64,000 nucleotides of DNA, taken from positions 923,205 through 987,204 of the forward strand of contig NW_002060962.1 of assembly GCF_000150275.1 (NCBI RefSeq), given 5' to 3'. This stretch comes from Trichoplax adhaerens (taxonomy: Eukaryota; Animalia; Placozoa). A program made the translations under genes and the position numbers. Numbering within the stretch: position 1 is the first letter of the stretch; every line of letters starts with the position of its first letter. Below the pieces are notes generated by a model that saw nothing but the letters and a program-made list of their open reading frames with translations, was not told where the DNA came from and ran no database searches. Positions 1 through 13,966 of the stretch are shown piece by piece.

Positions 1-3000
1 ATAGCCAATGTTGCGTGCATATGATCGGGTGGAAATATATATTTGTAAAGATTACAAGTATTATCTTTGACTTCAATAATAGATGAATCCATAAATGGGA
101 AGCCAAACTTATAACCAGTGCCATAGACAATTGTATCAATATTAGTCTCAGTGGAGCCATCAGCAAATTTGATATCATGTTCACCGATGCAAGTAATATC
201 ATCTTTAATTTTAATTGATCCGCAGACGATGCGAACTATAATATTAAATGAAAGTATTTTAAAATCATTGATAAATACCTAGAAAGTAGTATAAAATTTA
301 TTATAGCCGTACGCTACACATCTGCATTGCAGACAACTGTAGCTTGTAATCTATGATTTACTACGAAAAACATTGTCTACCATTTGCATTTAAACTATTG
401 CTAGCACAGTTATATAGTCAAGTTATCGTTGAAATTAATTATTGTCATAATAAAATTTAGAGATTGAGTGTTTGGTTTGTTTTTATGTGATCAATATTTT
501 GCAGATATGTATGTGTCAAGGTATTAATTTTTATAAAAGTATTTTTAAGATGATTTAAGTCAATCATGTAGTTATTTCTACGTGTTGAAATTAAGGATGC
601 AATTAATCACAATATAATCTTCTAAAATCTTGTTAGTCTATATTATTTGGAAACCAGCACAAGCATTCTTATGATCATATTGGCTCAATTATAAAATGAT
701 TGTTAAAGTCTTCCGCTTCTGTTTGATATCGATACTTTTTGGGGGAATGCTATTACCTGGCAATTCGTCACTAATAGTTTGTTGTTGTGCTAAGGTATGA
801 TGTGTTGGCCGTAAGCCATATTTATCATGATCGAATCTGCTATTTAAATACTTTTCCAGTATGATTTTCATTATTGATATTGGAATCATGTTTACAAAGC
901 GGTTGAATTGAAAATCGAAAGGTGTACCGCCGAAACCAATACGTGGAAATATCCATGCTCCACGTCGTGTACTGAGATAAACCTGTGAGCAGTGATGACT
1001 CAATTCGCAAGCAACGTCGACAGCTGAGTTGCCAATTCCAACAACCACAACTCTATCATTTTCGAAACCTATAAAAGATTAAAAATCAGTCTATAAATAC
1101 GGAATATATGCTAAGGTATAGCAGATTATATGAATAGACAACGTTAAGATATTGCACTTTCGGCAATTAAATCATTTATGGACTTCACTTTTTTTTAATA
1201 CGTTAAATTTATTTGCTCGAACGAAGGTAACCTTGGTGATCCTTATAGTCATGGCTGTGCAATTGCTTTCCTTTAAACACATCCATTCCTTTAAATGACG
1301 GCATTCTAGGATCCCAGTGATGTCCTGAGCAAATCATAACACTATCAAATGTTTGTGTGGTCCTTGTAGTTGTAGTGCCTTCAGTGTGGCTGATAGTTAC
1401 ATTCCATCTGCCAGATTTGATGTAATCCTCTGCGGGCCTTATATCATGGACGTACGTCTTGAATTGTATGTACTGATGCAATTTAAATTTTTTGGCATAT
1501 CTTTGAAATATGTATAACAATTTTAAAGATTAGGAATCGATTGGTGAATTTTAATTGCGTTTACTTGGTATACTTAGAATGCTCACGCTGTGCATTAGTT
1601 AATGCTATGGGAAAATTAACACCTATACCATGATTAAAATTAATATGGCTTTCAGAGAAAATTAGCACAACTTCATCATCGAATTAAATAGCATAGTATA
1701 AGAAATATGTTAAACAAGAAAAAGTCTAAGTATGTTGAAATATGATCATTATTTAAATTAGTCTATAGATTGGCTGTGTTAATAATAGCATAGCACTAAC
1801 TAATAGTACTACTAATAATAATTAATATGCAAGGCTTTGTAATTCTTTGATAAGAATATATATCACTCACAGTTCAAAATATTCAATAACACTCCTGTTA
1901 TGCATAAATGGAGCGAAGTCTTTTGGAACTGGAAAGTCACTGAAACCCATAATTTCTTTACTAGTATTGATGATTGTGGAACGGTAGACAGTTCCACCTT
2001 TGCCAATTTTTTCTATATTTTAAAAGTGATGATAATTAAAGATGATTATTATGTTAATAAATGAGAAATTCAATAATTAATTAGCATCCAATTTAGTCGT
2101 TTATTATAAAGTACATGACGTTGAAACGTTAACTTGTTACATTAATAATATTGTAATCGATATTTGCGTATTGGTGAGCAACTAGTTAATTTACTCATCA
2201 CTTATCATTACTCAAATTATAGATCGGTGCTTTTAACCGATAAAGATAGCTACTATAGTTCTTTCACAATTATCTGCGACAACATATGGAGTATTGAAGT
2301 ACCATTGTACACGTATAATGTAGTACTATGTGATCAGGTTTAAAATTGTTAGGCCATCGTTACGTAGAAACTTTTGCATACATATCGTAGTATAGTTTTT
2401 ATAAGACAACTTATCTAAGAATGCACTTAGATTAATTTATCTATGAGGTTATACATACTTTTAATAGATAACCGCATAGTACTATTATGTATAAACTGAT
2501 TATTAATGTTTATTTCTATTTACTATAAACTGACTGGCTTTTTCAATAAAGTTTGGGTACATTTATGTCTCCGAGAGACTAATGCTGCGTTACTGTTCCT
2601 CCTAACGTAGGAGATCGCCAGAATCTAGAGTCGCAAAGTAGGTTAATGTCAGGGATGACAAACCTGACAGTAGACTCGTAGGATAATTTCTATAATAGTT
2701 TTAACTTTCCTCATTACAGATTTCGATATTGAATTATGTTATGTAAATGTTGGTTGAAATTTTAAAATAGATTAAATTCTCTTTAGTTTCGCTTTTCTAC
2801 TCTTACTAGTGCTTTTAATGATTATTAAAATTAAATTTTATATTGAGTAACTATAATAAGAGAATTTTTAAATAAATGTTTTCGCACAACTTTATGAAAA
2901 TAGAATGAACTTACAACGAGCTCTATTAATTTAATAATGATTCTTTAATGAACGTAGGGTAGGATACAAGTCTCTTAAGAGGCTCAAATATATTTTTAGA

Positions 3001-3394
3001 ACTGTACATCTGCCGTCCTTTAGAAACCTGTTTTTTTTCTAAGAAACAGTCTATTTTCGGCTACGCTAAACTATTCATCCTAAGTTTATGGATCGTTATA
3101 TAATTTAGATATTCCTATCTCTGTACTGTGATACTAATCAATTCTAAATAGTTATTTCTGATCAACCACGCTCTTCGATAATGTGCGTATATATGTTTTT
3201 GTTTAATAACAAATTACAAGTGTCGACTTGTTGACGGCCCTATCATAATCTATTAAATTAATTAAACCTGAATATTTCCATAATCCACCGATATATTCTT
3301 CCTTTTCAAATACGATTGGTTCAATTCCTTCATCGAGGCATTCTTTCAGACTAGCTAAGCCACTGGCACCAGCACCAATGATGGCTACTTTCAT
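1..3394 (-). CDS. FMO: Flavin-containing monooxygenase (FMO5-like), multi-exon, continues past the window start
   Basis: Exons 3394-3268, 2012-1871, 1500-1232, 1068-757 and 235-<1 join in frame at GT-AG sites. Motifs: FAD-binding [29 protein letters not shown] signature [17 protein letters not shown]-binding GIGNSA, and YGTGY. Confidence 0.95.
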
Positions 3395-5820
3395 TACGTT
3401 ATATTTAGGATGGAACGACTCTTAAAATTCAAAGATAAAATGGTTAAGAAATCAGGACCAGATTTCATCATGACAGTAATGCAAACGGCGAGTTATCAAT
3501 TTATGAAATTATGGAGTATGTGTTAGCGAGGAAACAGTATAAATTTGGATGTAGCAGAATTTAAAAAGATGGTATATACGCTACTGCTTTGGAAAGCTAG
3601 TATTGTCTTGCAAGAACTGAGTAAATTATCAGCCTGGAAGTTATATCGCTGTGATTAATTTATCATTCACGAATAGAATTGAATGACTTTGGATCTGTAC
3701 ATGTTGTATCTTTAAAACTTACAGTAATTGATTTCGATCGGTTATCAACCAATTCCTCAAATTGGAGACTCACTGTGCTCTGGTAAGCGTACCGTCAGTT
3801 GCTATTAAAAAATTCGATTTCAGGATTTAAGTAAAAAAAATAGTTAAAAGTTATACAGGGACCAATAAATAAAATGAGAGACGTGACTGAAGGAATGTAC
3901 GTTTCAATTAAATGCCAGTTTATTCATTCGTTTGCACTTTGCGTTATCACCTGTTGCTGGAGGGCGGTTAAAATGCTTGAGACTCCTTGCTGTAATAGCA
4001 AAATTAATCGTTACCATAGCGAATTATTTACTGTAGTTGTTAATCCAGGAAAAGCATGCAAAGTTTTGCATTCCCTGAGGTATACTGGAGAAATTTTTAA
4101 TTGTAATCAATGACGGGCATTTGTACACCATAGCAAAAACATTGATTCTGTAATTTTACATTTTAAATGTTGCAGAAATGAGTATAAATTTAGTGTGAAG
4201 GATTAAAGAAAAATAATTTTTGGCTGTATTATTAAGGTTGTGTTGTTGACTAATTGTTACTAGCTTTGTTTTATTGTCAAGAGTGACAAAGCTACTAATC
4301 TCTTAGGACATTGTAGAATACCTTTGGGATTTAGTTATTTTTCAGAATACTTCACAGACACATGATTAGCTTATAAGTATGAATCAATTTCGGTGAGAAT
4401 TTATATGGTCAGCCTTTCTCATGACTCACATCATAGTTGTCTGTTTCAAGATTGAATTATATTGATAAATTGACGTTAAACTTGAAAAGTATTCCTATTT
4501 GGAGACTATTATACTGGAAATATAAAATTCCGCGAATTTCATATCGGCCTGAGGTTGGGCCCGTGAATGAACGGTCAGGTTCTGGTGTTACTGGACTTAA
4601 AACTACGATGCTTGACTATGTCTTACACCGTACCATGGATAGAATTCACGTTGGCTAATGCCCGAATTATATGTGTAGTTAAAATCTTACAGTAGAAAAT
4701 AAAGCTACGTGATCGTTGTTAAAATCGATGATTTTCATCATAAGAAAGGAATGGAATTCCTCTGTATTAGAAAACTGATACGACTCGAACAACGCCTTTT
4801 AAAAGAAAAGTTACATGATAATATCAAGTTAGGGTTTCTCTGGAGGTTATCGTAAATATCTTTCCTTATTATTTTGTAACATTTACTCGTCTACATTAAT
4901 GTTAGAACACTCTGTATGCATTCTTTCACTGCATAAGATAGTTTCAATAAATTTTATTTGTAAAGGTAATCAATTCATAAGATTTAAGCATTTATTAGGA
5001 CATACGAATACCGTAACGTATATAAATAATTACTAAATTGATGTGTAGACATTGAGAAACCTAGGTGGCTAGAAACGATCGGGCGTTTTAACGCTTAGCC
5101 TCCGTCCATATATAGTTCGATGAATTTAGAGCTTGGCACATCGTACGATCTTAGTGAATTAACTCGCAATAGTATATATTTTATATACCCTAATATTTCT
5201 CCTACCATGGTATTGACTATAAGACCAACAAAATGAAACATTAAAGCTTCCGATCTTCTCTAGTTATTTAGAATTATTCATTATTCACAAATTAAGGATT
5301 ACTTAATAGCTATGGGCAAAGTAGTACCGTGACAACCGAACGGTCAAGTAAGTAGTCATTGCAGTAGTTCAGCTCTATTATGCGATTCAGAGATTTGAGA
5401 ACATGCAAGCGCAAAATGTTTATTTACTGTTACTATAAGTCCGCAACGAAGGATAAACATTACCAAATGCTGTTGACTTTGAGTGAAAAGTTTAAAATTG
5501 AAATTGCTGCGTACTGAGGGATATTAGATTGTTGGTCATTTTACAACGGTGCATCCGAAACTGTACCTAAAATAGAAGAGAAAGAGAGAGTGTAGACTGT
5601 ACAGTATACTAATTTTGACTATACTGAATCTTATTTTGGAAGAGGTTAATTGGCCAATGGATTACTAGAAGAAAACCTGAAACATGAAACTCTTCGGGCA
5701 GACGACTATTTTAGCCACATATCGTCTAAAATATATTGCAAGCACGTGTATTGGTTATTACTTTAGTGCAGTATGCAGATGTTGGATTGTATAATAAATT
5801 AGCTTATTTTTCCTACATTA

Positions 5821-6514
5821 AGTGATCCTGTTAATAACAGGCTGTTATTTTCTACTTAGATCTACTTGAAAGCCGTTCTATAAGATCATATAATGCTTTT
5901 AAAATAATAGTCGTGCATAAGAAAACAGACATAGAAGATTCATATTAAGTAGTAAGTAACTACTCTATTGCAAATTTCGACATTTTCTGGCTCCTCTAGT
6001 CGGTAAAGTCCGTCCATCCGAGGTATTGTTCCATAGTACAGTGTACAGTACTGTAAAATGTACAGTGTAAATTGCTGTAGGCGTCCGTGATCGGCCACCT
6101 GCCTTCATACTGAGCTGTATTGTACTGGACAGTACAGTACAATGAGCGAGGGGTCTACAGTACAAGTAGCATAACTTGAAAACAAAACTACTGTAAACCT
6201 GATGACATCATCGATTCCGTACTGAACTGTACTCCGGTGAGTGTACCTGATGTGTGCAAATTACATATACCGCATCTTGGGTAGTATTTAGTGTACACTG
6301 TATGATACATAAGGTGTTTTTGCATTACTAGCCTAGTCGTATGTCCTGAATGAATCGCCGATGGTGACATGACTTTTGTTCCAAGGACGAGTAGGTCACT
6401 TTCAGCAGTCTCGACTGTTAAAAGGATGACGATACGGTACTGTACTGGTACTGGTAGTAGTCACGGTGTGACACAGCTACACTTGTCCGAAGGTTTGGTT
6501 CTATTAATACTGTA
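5821..6514. repeat. Dispersed ~700 bp repeat, copy 1
   Basis: Near-identical by eye to 13252-13966 in the same orientation. The ORF track shows duplicated spurious ORFs (MSPSAIHSGHTT..., MTFVPRTSRS...). Confidence 0.95.
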
Positions 6515-6681
6515 TCTCACCGGACTCAGTAGGAACCGGATAACTGTTAATACTATAGGCATAGTCTATGGACTAACTTCGAGGTTTATTAGCAAATAGT
6601 TGAACTTGGAAAGCTTCCAGCTCTTGGAACTATCGCCTACTGCTTCAGTGTGATCTCGTTTTTCCAAAACAAATTACAATC

Positions 6682-9666
6682 ATGCAGTCGGAAAATATCA
6701 ATCCAGGCGGGCCTCGCATATACGAGCTTTCGCATCGGTATCGAACTGCCTCTTTAGGCTTGGGGATTTGTTTATTGATTCTTGCATTAACAAGTATTAT
6801 CATCGGAGGATGTGGGTTTATCAGTTTTTATGGTCTCAATGGTAGCGTTTACACTGGCCATGATATATGGATCGGCACATTTGTAAGTTTCCAATCAGTG
6901 ATTTGTCATCACTAATCATGGATAGAAAATAGTTGGACAATGCTGCTAACCCTTTTACTATTCTCTGCAGTAGGATTATTTTATTCCTTTTAAATTGATC
7001 TTTTACTACAATAGGCAGTTGGAGATGGCTATATGATATTGTCACACTTTTTACTTCCTCTAATACGTTGCTAGTTGTACAATCTGTGTTTGATAAATTA
7101 TATGATTACCGTACGTGGGTGGTCGCGATACGTAATGAGAATGCTGAAGAAATTTTTAATTACTATCATTTATCATAATTGTATAACTGATATCTTTGAT
7201 CCAAAACAAAAGTAGGTGTTCTAGTCTACTGTACTGTATCGTGATAGCTGTCAGTTGACACTTTGAAGTTTATACAACAGTCCATGAAACAACAATCTCG
7301 TAACGGCTAATAGTATAATTTTCGCAGTTCACGCATGTAATCTACTTTGCGGTCAATATTTGTAAAATTAGATCAAGGCAGACTAGAGTACTGAAAAATC
7401 CTCCATTACAATGCTCTGATGTAGACTACTATTATGTTACAATGTACAGTATACTCGTACATAGAAAACATGCGGTACTTGTTTAGACTCGAATATTGGT
7501 TAACGCGGCATAAACCGAGACTAGTTTTTGTGTATGCTCAATGACAAAAGAGAATTATCACTTTGCAGTCAACAAGAGAAAAGATAGAGTGTAGAGATTA
7601 CAGTAATAGAGTAAAATTATTATATAAAAAGTTTCAACTGTAAAAAGTATAGTCTCTTGGCTGTGCCTTTCTCAGGTTGCAATTTTTTGACTTGTAACAA
7701 CTACAGTGATCTGCTGTAAAATATTGAATCATTGATGCTAATGTCATAAAATGTGAATTACCGTAATTACAGTATACGAATGTCATATTGGAATTTACTC
7801 GATTAACGATAAAAATAAATTTACGTTTCTTATAAGAGTCTTCGGGAGAAAGATACGCTGATAATAAAGTTACTTATTTTTCTTGGCAGCTTTGAGTCGC
7901 ATTATCATGATTAGTCCTTGTACTGTATTCAAGAGTATTTTAATTTAGTCTACTGCACTGTAATTATAATCTCGTACAGTACTTGTGTCAGCGTTCATAC
8001 TGAACTTACTATGTGCAAGATTGGCGGTGATAGTTCACAGACTTCGCTAAATATTTTAATTATAATCTCGTACAGTACTTGTGTCAGTGTTCATACTGAA
8101 CTTGCTATGTGCAAGATTGGCGGTGATCTGACAGGTCTATCAAATGGTAATACTATCTGTTAAATGAGCACATTATCGTAAACCGTCAGCAAAGCGACGG
8201 GAGTTTGCACTAGTATATATATATATATATACTGTATACATGTTTATACTCACAGGCATCGTGGATTTGTTTATTTAACAGTATTTCATCACTGGTGTGC
8301 TGGCTATAGTAGCCTATAAGGGCGGAAATCGTCCTCACTTGGTAAGCTTTTTCATGATACATATCCAGTAAAGTATTCTCTGCAATGTTCCTAGGATAAT
8401 AGTTAGTAAAATTGTTTTATTTACTGCAGTAAACCTGGAACGGTTGATTTAATGACTCTGCAATCAGTATTACTTAATTGTCACCTATACAGTACGAATA
8501 GATGGAGTGCGTACTGATTTCTGAACCATGTGTAATGATAGTTATAGCTATTGCAAAGTAAATGATTAGCAGTAATATATTTTAGCGTATTGTACCACTT
8601 TATGCTTACACATATTTTTTGCGTCTCTTTCAGATGCGATCTTATTATGCCTTCACCATAATCAGCTTTATATTTTCGTTGGTTCAATTTGGTCTCGCGC
8701 TTGGTTTTATGTTTGGCGGATACTATTACCCCATTTGGTCGAACATTGTATCATCAGTTTTAGCTATTTTTGGTTTTTCTTTTACCATGGCATGCATGAT
8801 ATTGCTATCACAAGGGGTCTTCTGTACTCCATCATCGACGGTAATTAATTACATTATTCTACAGATTAGCACAACGTATTTATGTTACAGAATCCATAAC
8901 AATTTTATCGCTTTTGCCAGGATGTGATCGAATGAACGTCTCTACTAATATTTTTTTGTACTGCTACTAAGATTCAGACGCTCATATATTTTAATCCTTT
9001 TTTATTCCGAAACTTATTAGCGTCTTCCGACCTATACACCATACACTTATGGAAGTATTACCAACAACCAGCAGATAGTTGCTCCTCACATTCCTCAATC
9101 TAATAATCAACCCGGTAAGATTATAAGCTGGTTAATTAAAAAAATGTTTTAATTGATGATGTTATACTAATGGCGTATCAGCAAGTGCCGATACATATGT
9201 CTGTTCATGTACAGATAAATTGCTGTACAAGTGCGCATTGCTTTATCGCTTTTTCAAGTAGATTCTTTATGAGTTTACAAAAAATCTCTTTATAAGTAAC
9301 TATACTATGTATTAATAGCGTTAACATTGCGCTCCAAATCAAAAATTGTAATCGGATAGAAGCTATTTAACTAGATAATATGCTTTACCTGTTCTCTAAA
9401 TACATATTGAAGTTACTTTAAAATTGTATTCTAATTACTTTGATACCTTTAATTTTAAACTTATAGCTATGACTGCGAATATGAACCCTGGATTAGGTTC
9501 ACAACAACCGACCATATTTCAATCGCTTGATGGTAGACAATTTTATGTTGCAGTACCAGCTAATGCAGTCATTCAACCGCAGGTTGCTGCATCTACTAAT
9601 GCGATCGTTCAACCACAACCTCCCAATTATCAAGTTACTAATAGCAGCCAAAATTCTAAAGCTTGA
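6682..9666 (+). CDS. MS4A/CD20-like four-transmembrane protein with Pro/Gln-rich cytoplasmic tail
   Basis: Exons 6682-6882, 8282-8341, 8634-8840, 9021-9114 and 9467-9666 splice in frame. It has four hydrophobic segments and the MS4A-like TM2 pattern TGHDIWIGTF|YFITGVLAI. Confidence 0.75.
7961..8127. repeat. Intronic direct duplication of 71 bp, period 96 bp
   Basis: taattataatctcgtacagtacttgtgtcag...gattggcggtgat occurs at 7961-8031 and 8057-8127 with 2 mismatches. Confidence 0.9.
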
Positions 9667-11494
9667 TAGTTGGGTACTACTAATGTATAATGTCTGTGAA
9701 AGTGCTTTGTCAACATATTTAGGCAAATAATTATTCAATAGTTAGAAAATACTACTTTATAATCTTGCCTGTCTCTGTTTATTACGAATTATCACGGTAA
9801 ACTGTGTAATATGGATATAGTCGATATAGCATGTATGGCAAGTTTTAATTTATAGCGATTTGGGCTGTTGAATATTATCGCTATAGAGATTCCTATACGG
9901 CATGATACTGTATCTTTAGCATTTTTGTATTATTTCTTCATCTCGAGAGGCATTAAAGGATATCATCTTAACTTTATGTCTTCGTGTCTGCAGTAGTTGA
10001 CGTCTACCGCATATTTTGTAAATTACGGTTCTACTCCTTTGCTGGTAGTGAATACTATTTTTCGAAGTACAATACCTACACTGATCTATAATTATTTGAT
10101 ACATGGCTGATGAGAATAGTGAAGCTACTTTGTTCGATGTTCTAAAAGACAAAAGCTGTATGCTCGATGTGGATTCTATTGCAGTATTAATGTGGTAAAA
10201 TCAATTATCCAATATCCATCGGAGGTTTATGAATAGGGTACAGGACACTTTAAATTTTTATCACCTGGAATGCATGCAAATGAATCTAAGTTTTGTAGCA
10301 ATTAATATTTGCTAGGCTTTGCGGATCATGACATAATATTGAGAAAATTTATCATTCATCGAACGTCGTACTAATTGCTATTGTATTACTATACGAGTTT
10401 TTAATAGGTTATATGACCTATTCAATATAAATTATTAATGGGAGCTTTTTCGATGCAATCAAACTGTATTTTGAAGTATTAACGCCATTAGACTAATACG
10501 TACATGTATCCCACATCACGTTCAAGATAGCTAGTTTACTAGTTTATAACAGATTTTTCAAGAATTCTAATAAAAATTTAGGATACGTAGACACACGAAA
10601 GCGAATTGATCAGTAATGAACGTACGCGTAAGAAATAACCGCGATACTAATTTTTGACACATGACACAATTGCACTACCGTATTAGAAATGAATAGCTGC
10701 TGCAAGATTCGATGGGCATGACATCCCAATTAGGCATAGTGATTGCAACCGTTGTTTTTATGCACACTGTTCATCGAACACTTTGTGATAAGTGACATGT
10801 GGACTTCGATTTAGCCTATTCCATCTTAAAGCAGAGTCCGCAAAACATAACGTATATTAGAATCAACCGATGTGGTGAATAACACTTTAATAACATACTG
10901 TAGTATTGAATACTATTTCAATGCCAGTAACATGAACCATAAGTATGTCCAATGTACGCATATTTACACGAATTACTACTGACCGTTGTTATACTCTATA
11001 GGAATCTAATGGAAATGAATGATTTGCATACATAACTCATTTTCTACAGGTTCATCGTCTATGCTATAAATGGCAAAAGTAGAACTACATTTCAATGGAT
11101 ATATATATATATTGAAGTAAGTTATAAAGATTAAAATTTAAGCTTGGAGGCGTTAGAAATCGCCGCACATTTTCAACCTGATCATTAATGACATAAATTT
11201 AAATTCGTATTACTGTGGAGCAAGGCGATAATTCATGCAATATTCATTGATAGTCTGCAAACACGTTGAACTGTAGACATGAAGTATGAATAAAAATCTG
11301 TGAACTAAGATGTCTCTGGCTTTCTTCCAACTGAACATCATATTTCATAAAATAAAATTGCGCTATACTGTAAATTCCGTTTTTTCAATCTACAAGATAA
11401 AGCTAAAAATCTACAGCATACGGTCACAATATATCAAAATCATTCTGATACAGTCAATAAATTGTTCAGGATACTATGAGATCTATTTTTGTTG

Positions 11495-13200
11495 TTAGTT
11501 CTTAAAAGAATTTATCAACTGCTTAATATGATCAATTTGACGAATGCCATTTACCCATTCAGAGGGAATTTCAAAATTCTCTCGGCCACCAAGAGCACTA
11601 CCAACAAAGAGAGATCTTGCAGCGTTATCTCCGCCAAAACCGGCGTTGAGGGCCAACGCCTGCTCAAAGCTTTCATGTCCATATTTTACGATAAGTCGAG
11701 TAGCTATTGGAAGTGCTCCTGGAATATAGCAATATATGGCGACAGGAAGTGTGAATTCATTGCTCGTTCTGGTACCGAGGAAGGAGTTATTAGCATCTTC
11801 ATCGGGTAATTGGGCAGCTTTGAATCCCTGCGTTGCAAATTCAATAACTTCGCTGTACTTATTCTTCAAAGTTTCTATAACTTCTTCTACTGCAGTGGAG
11901 GGTGTTTTATGCTGATGGACGATACGCCATAACACTCTCGACACAAATTCCGTAGCTGCATCTGTTTCTGAATTTTCATGAGTTACTCTGCAGTGTTGAA
12001 TTGCAAATTCGACCAACTGTTCCTGATGACACAAAGGGTTCAAATTAAAATTGAGCTAAAAGTCTGATAGTCTATTACAGCCTAGCATTATTGAGAATAT
12101 TGTAGTTGTACTCGTATGGCAGCAAATAAGAAGGAAACAATATATAACGATTGCTACTTTCTCCTATACCGTTTTATGTCATAAGCAACCTTCTTTCTTA
12201 CCTCGCTATTTGAAACTAAGAGCAGAGGCACTTGTCTTGCTGCGGGGTTAAAATCATTCAGATCTATTCCTTTTACTTTTCCATCTTCGAGATTTTTTAA
12301 CGTTTCCTTTGTAGCATGGTCACTGAAATAACGATACAATATCATGTTAACGTCATTCCATAAGAGCAGGAGAAGGAAATAATACTGTTGTCATAGTTTA
12401 CTTTCAGATAAGATAGTTATACTGTACTCGTATACGTAGTACTGTACTGTAAGCTTTTTATTTGACATTGCTTTTAAGGTATAACATGGTCAATTATTAA
12501 TTATGCTCCATTGCAAGAAATGCAATTCATTGCCTAACATCTTCACCAGCAATCACGCACAAGTACAGTATAGCATAATAGGCAGTGCTATGCAACGGAG
12601 TGGTTGAAAGTAGAGCCAATTGTCATGCTCACGATAGGACGTTAACATTAGCTATAAGATACGCGTAACCATTGCTCGGTAACCTTGGTAAACACGATTC
12701 AATAATACATGTATAACGAACAAGTTACGTTCAAGGATTTATCAACATCGCTAATACTACATAAGCTAATTCATAACAATGCCTAAGAGTATAGTATGTA
12801 GTAAAACTTGGTCAAATTAGCCTGAAAGAAATGATTTCATCGGTCGAGGAAAAAGTTAGGAGAAGTTTTCTAAACAATGACGCAGCATTCTTTTCAGGTG
12901 TTAGCGTTATACGCAGCGAGTGTTGCATTGCAAGTCTACTTCAGACATTGCAATCTATACGAATAACTGCAAAAGTAACTATCATTGGATACGAACTGAT
13001 AGCTGGAGCTCGTTTTCCAGTGAGATTGCCAACGTTGTCTAAAATCTTCAACATGGAAGGTTTTCTTTGCAGCCAGACTTTCCAGTAAAATTAGCATAGA
13101 TTCACCATAATGGGTGAAATCGCCAGCATCCTTGCCTTGATGATAGTCATTCAATTTGGGCGGTAGCAAACGATTGACAACACCAACCTCTTCTGATATC
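11495..13200 (-). CDS. ADP-ribosylglycohydrolase-family (J1-crystallin/SelJ-like subgroup) protein, 5' end missing in the gap
   Basis: Exons >13200-12997, 12322-12202 and 12022-11495 join in frame. Motifs: YHQGKDAGDFTHYGE, YHDHATK, RVTH, CYIPGALP and NAGFGGDNAARSLFVG...IPSEW. Confidence 0.8.
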
Positions 13201-13250
13201 NNNNNNNNNNNNNNNNNNNNNNNNNNNNNNNNNNNNNNNNNNNNNNNNNN
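13201..13250. other. Assembly gap
   Basis: Run of 50 N. Confidence 1.
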
Positions 13251-13251
13251 T

Positions 13252-13966
13252 AGTGATCCTGTTATACAGGCTGTTATTTTCTACTTAGATCTGCTTGAAA
13301 GCCGTTCTATAAGATCATATAATGGCTTTTAAAATAATAGTCGTGAATAAGAAAACAGACATAGAAGATTCATATTAAGTAGTATGTAACTACTCCATTG
13401 CAAATTTCGACATTTTCTGGCTCCTCTAGTCGGTAAAGTCCGTCCATCCGAGGTATTGTTCCATAGTACAGTGTACAGTACTGTAAAATGTACAGTGTAA
13501 ATTGCTGTAGGCGTCCGTGGTCGGCCACCTGCCTTCATACTGTGCTGTATTGTACTGGACACTGTGGACAGTACTGTACTGTACAACGAGCGAGGGGTCT
13601 ACAGTACAAGTAGCATAACTTGAAAACAAAACTACTGTAAACCTGATGACATCATCGATTCCGTATTGAACTGTACTCCGGTGAGTGTACCTGATGTGTG
13701 CAAATTACATATACCGCATCTTGGGTAGTATTTAGTATACACTGTATGATACATAAGGTGTTTTTGCCTTGCTAGCCTAGTCGTATGTCCTGAATGAATC
13801 GCCGATGGTGACATGACTTTTGTTCCAAGGACGAGTAGGTCACTTTCAGCAGTCTCGACTGTAAAAAGGATGACGATACGGTACTGTACTGGTACTGGTA
13901 GATGTCACGGTGTGACACAGCTACAGTGCTGCTACACCTGTCCGAAGGTTTGGTTCTATTACTGTA
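13252..13966. repeat. Dispersed ~700 bp repeat, copy 2 (left edge at the gap)
   Basis: Matches 5821-6514 with a few substitutions and small insertions (actgtggac, tgtac, gtgctgctaca). Confidence 0.95.

Noticed and set aside
12300-12325. TGA at the start of an exon of the SelJ-related gene as a possible selenocysteine codon
   Set aside because: The splice phase gives CA|T GAC (His-Asp), so the TGA is out of frame. No in-frame TGA occurs in the visible exons.
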